Source: a virus. Taken from it: DNA of 64,000 bases. This document shows positions 57,389 through 64,000 of the stretch, one piece after another. Each line of letters opens with the position of its first letter. The first letter of the stretch is position 1. Where the stretch lies: IMG/VR virus record IMGVR_UViG_3300021492_000072, one strand, 5' to 3'. The notes beneath the pieces were generated by a model. The model ran no database searches and had not been told where the DNA came from. It worked only from the letters and a program-made list of their open reading frames with translations. A program made the position numbers and the translations under genes.

Positions 57389-58344
57389 CCCTTAATGAAC
57401 TGGGGTAATGGACTCTCAAACATCCGTGGCTTTCCCAATAAGGCACATAATGTGTTAACAAACTGCTTTGCCATACACTCCATAGTATACTTCTGGTGCA
57501 CTAAGTGATGCCCATTGCAGGACACTTCCTTCACCAACTCTTCATCGCTCAGGGATTTAAAGACGACCTCCTCCAAGTTTTCTAAAGAAGCGGGTATAAA
57601 GTGCTCATATGGCTTGTAACCTAACTCCAATAAGTCATCAAAACAGGGTGTTACTAAGGCCGATTTACAAGCAGGTACTTCAAAGTATTTAGCTACAAGG
57701 TAATCAAACTTACCTCCATCAGTTACTACAAGCTTGGCACGGTTCAACAACCGTGCGTAATCAGCACCCATAACAACTTCACTGGGTTCAAAGTGTCTGT
57801 AGCCGGGGTGTTTAAGGTAGTAAAATCCAGGGAAACCTTGAAAGGACCTTAACGCCTGTGACCTAAAAGGGTAGTACTGAGGACTAACCCAACCCGTAAG
57901 CAAGATGTCTATTGACTTTGGAAGCTGATAGTCTTTAAACAGTGACGCGGCTCCGATAGGGACCCACGCACTCTCAGTAACCATAAGCTGCTTGAAGTGC
58001 TTCAATAAAGCATTTTTGTACTTAAAGACAATCAGGTCTATCTTATTTTTCCTAACAAATTCAACTCTTTCAGGGATGTAAGAGTGTAGATCCCAGTAGT
58101 GTACTACTTTTGGTAAACTCACCCTATCAATACCAGTAACGGGTGGTGTAACGGGAGGTGCTTCACCTAACATCACAACATCAAAGTCTTTACCTTGTTC
58201 CTTATACGTCTCAATCAGGTGGGGTAAGTGGCAAGGCTGATGATAAAAGGTCACATCAACAAGCTTAGACAGCTCACGCTTAAACTCAATGTGTGAAACC
58301 CCAATCCAGTTCGTGTAATCTTTACAAATATACAGAATACGCGT
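57385..58344 (-). CDS. CgeB-like glycosyltransferase
   Basis: YP.R, HPGY, YA..LN..K, KYFE.PAC; frame extends to an ACG after the SD. Confidence 0.8.
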   Translation of the reverse strand, partial: TRILYICKDYTNWIGVSHIEFKRELSKLVDVTFYHQPCHLPHLIETYKEQGKDFDVVMLGEAPPVTPPVTGIDRVSLPKVVHYWDLHSYIPERVEFVRKNKIDLIVFKYKNALLKHFKQLMVTESAWVPIGAASLFKDYQLPKSIDILLTGWVSPQYYPFRSQALRSFQGFPGFYYLKHPGYRHFEPSEVVMGADYARLLNRAKLVVTDGGKFDYLVAKYFEVPACKSALVTPCFDDLLELGYKPYEHFIPASLENLEEVVFKSLSDEELVKEVSCNGHHLVHQKYTMECMAKQFVNTLCALLGKPRMFESPLPQFIKG

Positions 58345-58388
58345 AAGCTACCCCTCCTATTTGCCTCAAATTACACCACCTTCGTCCA

Positions 58389-59297
58389 TCAGGGAGTAAT
58401 TACAGAATGCACGTAGGGTCGCTTTGATTCAAGATATCGAGTTAGTTTTACAAACAAGGAATCAGGGTGTGCGTCTGAAACACAAAACCGCGTCCTTCTA
58501 AGCATCTCTCCCCACAGATGGACGCTATAAACGCCCCCTTGGAGTAACTCCTCAACCGTAATTGAAGTGGGTTCAAAGAGTTTTTTAAACTCCCTCCAAC
58601 CTACAAAATAGTGTCGCTTGGAAACATAATCCACTTTGTCAAACATATACACAAGTTCACTATACCAACGTGGCCCAACAAGGTTGAACGTGTCAGGCCT
58701 GTACCTCTCTAAAAAATGTTCATACATATAATCGAACACGGGTTGATGAGGTGAAGACGCATATACAATGCCGTTACTTAAGTGTAACCCGTCTTCAGAC
58801 GCAATATAGGTAGACACACCCTTAACTAGCTCCGAAAACGGACGTATAGCAAAGACGTCGGTGTCACAATAGAACCCACCATACTTCGCCAACACTACAA
58901 TCCTAAAATAATCAGCCCGGTTCACCTCTTTAAAACGCCCCTTAAGCGACCGATAAACTTTCAACTCACTATGACTAAGGAGGTCCTCCAAGCTCGCTAC
59001 AGTGACTGGCACACGATCCAATTTAGGACCGTCAAGGCAAAGTACAACATCTAGCCCCCCAAGGAAGTGGAGAGACTCTAAACAATCGAAAAAGTAGTCG
59101 GGGACATTACCCCCAGTCCAAAAAGTAAAACAAGGTAGACACTGCATATCAACCTCCTCTGGGAAAAACCACCATAAGCCTTTCCCCGGAATATGAACAC
59201 GAAGTTGATCGTTAAACTCTTCTGTAACAATACCAATACGGCCGCTAAGACCCAAATCATTCGCAGGAAAAAACGAACGGATCCGCACTAACTTCAC
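58389..59297 (-). CDS. GT32 (DXD) glycosyltransferase; start 59297 or 59147
   Basis: RADYFR..VL..YGG.Y.DTD, GP, HLW. Confidence 0.85.
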   Translation of the reverse strand: MKLVRIRSFFPANDLGLSGRIGIVTEEFNDQLRVHIPGKGLWWFFPEEVDMQCLPCFTFWTGGNVPDYFFDCLESLHFLGGLDVVLCLDGPKLDRVPVTVASLEDLLSHSELKVYRSLKGRFKEVNRADYFRIVVLAKYGGFYCDTDVFAIRPFSELVKGVSTYIASEDGLHLSNGIVYASSPHQPVFDYMYEHFLERYRPDTFNLVGPRWYSELVYMFDKVDYVSKRHYFVGWREFKKLFEPTSITVEELLQGGVYSVHLWGEMLRRTRFCVSDAHPDSLFVKLTRYLESKRPYVHSVITP

Positions 59298-59365
59298 ATT
59301 CCATCTTATAAGAGAGTCCTGCGCTTCTTGCAAGGTTCGTCAGTTAGGATCCCCACGCACCAACC

Positions 59366-59394
59366 TTGACGGTTGAACAAACCCTAATTAAGAT
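59366..59394 (+). promoter_or_regulatory. Sigma70-like promoter
   Basis: TTGACG-17nt-TAAGAT. Confidence 0.6.
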
Positions 59395-59400
59395 GGACAC

Positions 59401-60402
59401 GTGCTTAAAGCAGAAATTAGTCCCACCAGGTTCAACGGAAGACGCCACGTTTATGACGCGTTCATCTTCGACGTGAGAAAGCCAATCCGAACCACAGATG
59501 TGTATAAATACCTTCAGAGGAGAGGTATTAAAGATGTTATCGTTGAGCCCAAATACGATGGGCTCTATGTACAAGTCGCGAAAGATGGGAGTGAAGTCCG
59601 TGTTTGGTCTGATTTGGGTAACAACCTAACAGCAAATATCAGCAGTAAGATCGTCGAGAAAGTGAAACAACTTCCTTGTAAAACCCTAGTAGCTGAAGGG
59701 GAGCTAGAACTCTTTATCAACGGGAAGCATGAAGCTAGAGGCCTAATAACTGGGCTTATACATCGAAGAAAGAGAAACCTCCCCCCAGGAGTGCACGAAG
59801 TTGTCACCCTATTCGACTGCTTATACTTAAATGGAGTAGACATATCAACAAAAAACACCCAAGAAAGGTTAAACTCGCTTAAGACCCTCAAGCTACCACA
59901 GCTCCTCACCCCCTCTAGGGTACCGTTGAACATGGTTCCATACTGGCGTGTAAAAAATCCAACATCACTTCAAGCGGTCGCCAAAAAGATTTGCAGATTG
60001 CGCCACTTTGAAGGAGTCATCATCAAACCCACAAATCAAACCGCACGTAACCTGAGATTCATAAAATTCAAGAAGTACATCGAATTCGCTTTGTCGGTTC
60101 TTAAACGAATTCCCACAAGAACCAGGGGGGTTTACAACTACGACTTGGGAGCACTTACACATGAAGGAAAGCTAATAAAAGTCGCCAGAAGCTACAACAC
60201 GCGACTCCGACTTACCCCCGGTGATCATGCAGCAGTAGCATGCTTCAACGTGAGCGCTTACATGAAGGATGGGAAAATCAAAAGAGTGCATCTATATGCG
60301 CCCAAAATACAAACCAAAACCACTGCCCCTGTCAATTCAGTCGACACCATCATCAAGACAGCTAAAGCCTTTGGTGTACTGGAGATGCACAGGAAGTTAT
60401 GA
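59401..60402 (+). CDS. ATP-dependent DNA ligase-like nucleotidyltransferase
   Basis: EPKYDG, EGEL, FDCLYLNG, EGVIIK, KFKK. Confidence 0.85.
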   Translation: MLKAEISPTRFNGRRHVYDAFIFDVRKPIRTTDVYKYLQRRGIKDVIVEPKYDGLYVQVAKDGSEVRVWSDLGNNLTANISSKIVEKVKQLPCKTLVAEGELELFINGKHEARGLITGLIHRRKRNLPPGVHEVVTLFDCLYLNGVDISTKNTQERLNSLKTLKLPQLLTPSRVPLNMVPYWRVKNPTSLQAVAKKICRLRHFEGVIIKPTNQTARNLRFIKFKKYIEFALSVLKRIPTRTRGVYNYDLGALTHEGKLIKVARSYNTRLRLTPGDHAAVACFNVSAYMKDGKIKRVHLYAPKIQTKTTAPVNSVDTIIKTAKAFGVLEMHRKL

Positions 60403-60963
60403 ATTCTTCTTAATCACTGCCAGGTATGTCTTTTTCCCTTTTTCACTCCCGCTATAGATTATCTCCGTGTTTTTATAGATAGCTAGAATTTCCTCAGGTG
60501 CCCAGTAACAAACATGTGACTCGAAATCGTCCGGCTTACACCCCTTCATAGCTCCATACCACTCAGCGGGAGTAGATACTAAAACCGCTTTGTTCGCTTT
60601 GTCGTAAAGCCGCGCAAGCACCTTCTTTCCAACGTCCTTTTCCATATGCTCAATGACGTCTGATAAGATGATCACATCGTAGTTCGGAAGGGTATGCAGC
60701 GGAAACTCCCTCACATCCCCAATGTAAATGTTGTCATAAATGTACTTATGAACCACACTTATGTACGGCTCGTAAGCCTCGAGACAGTCGATCCGGATTT
60801 TCCATTCAGACTTCTTTATTCTCCAAAACCACACTTCCAAATATTCCCTGGCTAAGAACCCATACTTCCCAAAACCAGGACCGACATCAAGTATGGATTG
60901 CGGTTTCATCTCCATCAGTTTTTCAATGAAGTGTACTATTGCGTACGGATTACTTGTTGGCAA
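60397..60963 (-). CDS. Class I SAM methyltransferase
   Basis: ILDVGPGFGKYG, DVIEH, STP. Confidence 0.85.
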   Translation of the reverse strand: MPTSNPYAIVHFIEKLMEMKPQSILDVGPGFGKYGFLAREYLEVWFWRIKKSEWKIRIDCLEAYEPYISVVHKYIYDNIYIGDVREFPLHTLPNYDVIILSDVIEHMEKDVGKKVLARLYDKANKAVLVSTPAEWYGAMKGCKPDDFESHVCYWAPEEILAIYKNTEIIYSGSEKGKKTYLAVIKKNS

Positions 60964-60997
60964 GGTACACCTCCCATATATTTTCCCCTTACCTTCG

Positions 60998-61285
60998 CTA
61001 GGAACCCGCGCTTATCGCTGAGATATGGCGCAAATACGACGCGATTACACAACGCACATCGTCGGGTAAAGGGTAGTTCATTATATAATCAAGACAGCAC
61101 TCAACTTGATGAAGGCTCAGACTACCAGGAAACCGCACAGCTCGCCCCCCTAGGTGCCGAGGTGACGGTACTGTCTGAGGTAAGGGTGAATAAACCAAAG
61201 TCCACCGCGAATTACTGGTAACAAACCCTCTTTCACCCTCAAAATAGATGTCCCAACCTCTATAATTTTTCATAAACCGAGCCAT
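60998..61285 (-). CDS. Hypothetical protein
   Basis: Start MARF after SD. Confidence 0.45.
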   Translation of the reverse strand: MARFMKNYRGWDIYFEGERGFVTSNSRWTLVYSPLPQTVPSPRHLGGRAVRFPGSLSLHQVECCLDYIMNYPLPDDVRCVIASYLRHISAISAGS

Positions 61286-61895
61286 CCCCTGCTCCTCTTT
61301 TCTGAAAAACAATAAAGTAGCTATGTTGATTAACTGAACAACTCCTATTTTTGACCTGAAAAGCAGTCGGCGAAAATCTATGCCCCGTGTATACAAAAAA
61401 GTCAACCACCTCAAAATACTTCTCGTACGTCTTTATCCATTCATAATGTAAGCAGTAAAACTTATTCTGTTTCTTCAGATACAAATCTGAACACTTTAGT
61501 ATTATCTTACCCTCACTCTCTAGTATCTCGTTAAACTTTTCGCGGCTCGTTCTCATCATTCTCTGTAAATTCTCATAAGAACCACAATAACTACCATAGT
61601 CTTTCTCCCGTGGATCGTCTTTTGCCTTAATACCAAAAAGATATGGCGGGTCGAATATAATCAAATCCTTCTTATCTTTCATGTCGAAAAGGTCCATCAC
61701 AACATTGTCCCCAAAATCCCTTATGTCAGAAAACAGCACATGTTTGATTTCATCTTTCGTGAAAGAGCTCCATAAGTATCTCCTACCACACGTGCAATCC
61801 CAAATTTTACACTTATTCCGTGAGTGAAAAAGGAAAATGTCTTTGAAAAAATCTGACACTTTACCACCCTTACAACTAATAGGCACTTTGCTCAT
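61260..61895 (-). CDS. DNA amino-methyltransferase (N6A/N4C)
   Basis: WDCTCG motif I-like, FDPPY motif IV. Confidence 0.8.
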   Translation of the reverse strand: MSKVPISCKGGKVSDFFKDIFLFHSRNKCKIWDCTCGRRYLWSSFTKDEIKHVLFSDIRDFGDNVVMDLFDMKDKKDLIIFDPPYLFGIKAKDDPREKDYGSYCGSYENLQRMMRTSREKFNEILESEGKIILKCSDLYLKKQNKFYCLHYEWIKTYEKYFEVVDFFVYTGHRFSPTAFQVKNRSCSVNQHSYFIVFQKRGAGDGSVYEKL

Positions 61896-62364
61896 CTCGT
61901 AGTACCTCTTGTACTTGATTTGTCATCTGCTTGAAATCCACTATCCCTTTGATCCGCAACTGGATAAGCATTTCAACTCGAGCGTTGGGTTCCGTATCTC
62001 CTACTACCTTAAACTTCCCACAACAACAATACCTACCATCAGGTAACCTCCGCGTGTCCGTCATTGAAGGAAGCCATCTTTCTATCTCTCTACTAGAAGG
62101 AGCCTTGACAAGAGGTTTTGTTTCCCTCGCATACAAAGAACTCATCCTATAAACTTCTCCATCTTCCATAGCTATAATTTGACTCGAGCTTAAATAGGAA
62201 AGGATCCAACGCTGTTTAGGGTTACTTTGCAGGCATACATCATCGGGTAACTCTTCCCAATACCAGCCCCCACCCTCTTGAGGATAACCTAACTTCTTTA
62301 ACTTTAAACACAAATCAAAAGAAGGAACTTCATCCTCAGGATTGAAAATAGGCTTCTCCATCAA
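61876..62364 (-). CDS. Hypothetical phage protein
   Basis: VPS.DLC.KLK.LGYPQ. Confidence 0.6.
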   Translation of the reverse strand: MMEKPIFNPEDEVPSFDLCLKLKKLGYPQEGGGWYWEELPDDVCLQSNPKQRWILSYLSSSQIIAMEDGEVYRMSSLYARETKPLVKAPSSREIERWLPSMTDTRRLPDGRYCCCGKFKVVGDTEPNARVEMLIQLRIKGIVDFKQMTNQVQEVLRDEQSAY

Positions 62365-62458
62365 TTAAGACCGCTCCTCGCATCCACTCTTCAGTACGTT
62401 AAGAGTAGACAATTAGTGTTAAACGCTGCCCTTATTTCTCCAAGCTTTGGTGGCGTAA

Positions 62459-62719
62459 CTACGCGCGGTTCCCTTCGGTAAACACCTCAACTACAACTTT
62501 CATCATCCGATCAACAGACTGACCGACAACCTGCGCGATGACTCTAATAGCCGAAATAATCCGACCATTCTTCCCAATCAGTAAACCCGCCGACTTCCGA
62601 TCTACTGCCCGTAGTGTGATCAAGAGAGTCTGGTTTCCTCCACTGTGTTCTACTTTAACCTTATTAGGACCTACAATGGCGTACGCAACCTCTCTCACTA
62701 CATTTACTACTCTTTCCAT
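62459..62719 (-). CDS. KH-domain RNA-binding protein (KhpA-like)
   Basis: AIV..P..V.V, G.LIGKNGR.I.AIR. Confidence 0.8.
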   Translation of the reverse strand: MERVVNVVREVAYAIVGPNKVKVEHSGGNQTLLITLRAVDRKSAGLLIGKNGRIISAIRVIAQVVGQSVDRMMKVVVEVFTEGNRA

Positions 62720-63432
62720 TTAGACACCTCACTCAAAGGAACATTAAACCCTTGCTTTTGTAAAATTGTCAAGGCTGCGCGGCGGTGGTGGCACGCAAGA
62801 CACTGACCGCAACTGCGCCAACCCTCACTTGTCCTAATCGGAGTGTAACAGCTAATTGTGTCTCCAATGTTGATCCCCAGTTCTAGCGCCAATTTAAACA
62901 CATCTACCTTCGTCTTAACCTTGTCCATTAAAGGTGCGTCAATTCGAATCGATCCACTATTGGGTTGTGGCCGGGTGGTTCTGTGAAGAGTAATCGTTAA
63001 TAAGTCTGAAAGATCACTTAAGACTCTAGGATGACAGTCAGGGTAATCACAAGAAGAAGGATCGTCTGTTCGAGAAGCGTCGTGTGGTGCGAAACCTACT
63101 ACAATCAAGGACGCACCAACAGAAGCAGCGTAGTTCGCTGCTAAGACTAGGTATATAATGTTCCTTCCCCACAAAAACTCCCACTGCTGCCCACTCATGG
63201 TTACATAGCTTAAAGATGTCTCTTGTGCTTCTCGGATCAAAGAGGTAACATCCGCGTCAACTACTTTGAAATTAATGCCGTGGCGTTCAGCGAACCTACG
63301 AGCATACTCTGTCTCAAACTCTTTACGTACCCTTCGAAAATTCAACCCACAAACCTCATGTCCACTCTTTTTTGCCAACATACATGCAGCCGCCGAATCA
63401 ACACCACCACTCAATAAGGCAACGCACTTCAT
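62707..63432 (-). CDS. queC: 7-cyano-7-deazaguanine synthase
   Basis: LLSGGVDS, GRN, YPDC, SCY, CGQCLAC..R. Confidence 0.88.
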   Translation of the reverse strand: MKCVALLSGGVDSAAACMLAKKSGHEVCGLNFRRVRKEFETEYARRFAERHGINFKVVDADVTSLIREAQETSLSYVTMSGQQWEFLWGRNIIYLVLAANYAASVGASLIVVGFAPHDASRTDDPSSCDYPDCHPRVLSDLSDLLTITLHRTTRPQPNSGSIRIDAPLMDKVKTKVDVFKLALELGINIGDTISCYTPIRTSEGWRSCGQCLACHHRRAALTILQKQGFNVPLSEVSKWKE

Positions 63433-63463
63433 TTCATTTACCTCCTCAAAGATCTATACTTTA

Positions 63464-63769
63464 TTAGCGACATCTACTCATTACCTCCAACATTAGTAGT
63501 TTCTTAAACCCATTAGGCAGCCCCATTGTTTCAACCAACCAGCTCGTAAGATCCTCAACTCGATCAAATTCAGGACACACAGACTCTGTCAAGATCGCGC
63601 GGTACTTCACTGCAGTTGAACGCCATTTAGGGAACATTGCTTTAAAGCGTTCCCAAAAGATACAATGATGGGGTTCAACCCAAATGAATCGTCCTTTACC
63701 ATAAGGGATGTAAATCCGACGAACCCTGTCGTCGCACAAATCGCGTAACACCTTCGTCATCAACCACAT
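63464..63769 (-). CDS. Hypothetical protein
   Basis: ORF in the co-oriented block. Confidence 0.5.
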   Translation of the reverse strand: MWLMTKVLRDLCDDRVRRIYIPYGKGRFIWVEPHHCIFWERFKAMFPKWRSTAVKYRAILTESVCPEFDRVEDLTSWLVETMGLPNGFKKLLMLEVMSRCR

Positions 63770-63790
63770 TTTACCCCCCGCGCAAAGCGA

Positions 63791-63982
63791 TTAACTTACA
63801 ACATAAGACTCAAACGCTCCTGACGCGAACTTATCAGCGATGTCATGAGCGATGGCGTTGGCACGATCTGGGTCATGTAAGACCACAGCACCAACATCTT
63901 CACGACCCCCACCCCCATACATCGTCATAATCTCACCTATATTATACCTTTTACGCAGCTCCTTCCAAGGATTCCGACCCAC
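63791..63982 (-). CDS. C-terminal part of a gene probably starting beyond the window; DHHA1-like
   Basis: VGRNPW...IG..M..YGGGG...VG. Confidence 0.4.
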   Translation of the reverse strand: MGRNPWKELRKRYNIGEIMTMYGGGGREDVGAVVLHDPDRANAIAHDIADKFASGAFESYVVS

Positions 63983-64000
63983 ACTTAAGTAGATGTTGTC

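Noticed and set aside
1-64000. Archaeal virus assignment from GGAGGTGA SDs and archaeal-looking PyrF
   Set aside because: The M15 peptidase, holin, KhpA and TTGAC-17-TAnnnT promoters favour a bacterial host; not fully excluded.
1-64000. tRNA, rRNA, integrase, terminase, portal or tail sheath
   Set aside because: None recognised by eye; terminase and portal probably lie upstream of the window.

Overview
The whole window is part of a tailed dsDNA virus (Caudoviricetes, probably siphovirus-like) genome. A bacterial host is suggested by sigma70-like promoters, a holin, an M15 peptidoglycan peptidase and KhpA. Order: head module (HK97-type protease/scaffold, capsid, connector), an inverted block of repeat-rich fibre genes (9.5-19 kb), neck/tail module (tube, frameshifted chaperones, tape measure, a 3022-aa multi-propeller protein, CAP and Kelch proteins), then accessory genes (four glycosyltransferases genome-wide, pyrE/pyrF, queC, DNA methylase, ligase, HicB, RyR). 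Top observation: six otherwise unrelated proteins share seven copies of a short G-x-W-x-T-x(2-4)-G-[RK]-[RK]-[VI]-x-[IV] tag next to a Gly/Ala-rich hydrophobic helix. Their cargoes differ: zincin peptidase, GNAT-like, ATP-grasp, membrane hairpins. One such gene is inserted between direct repeats. This may be a tagged, head-packaged effector system; that role is inference. All calls come from motif reading, without database searches.
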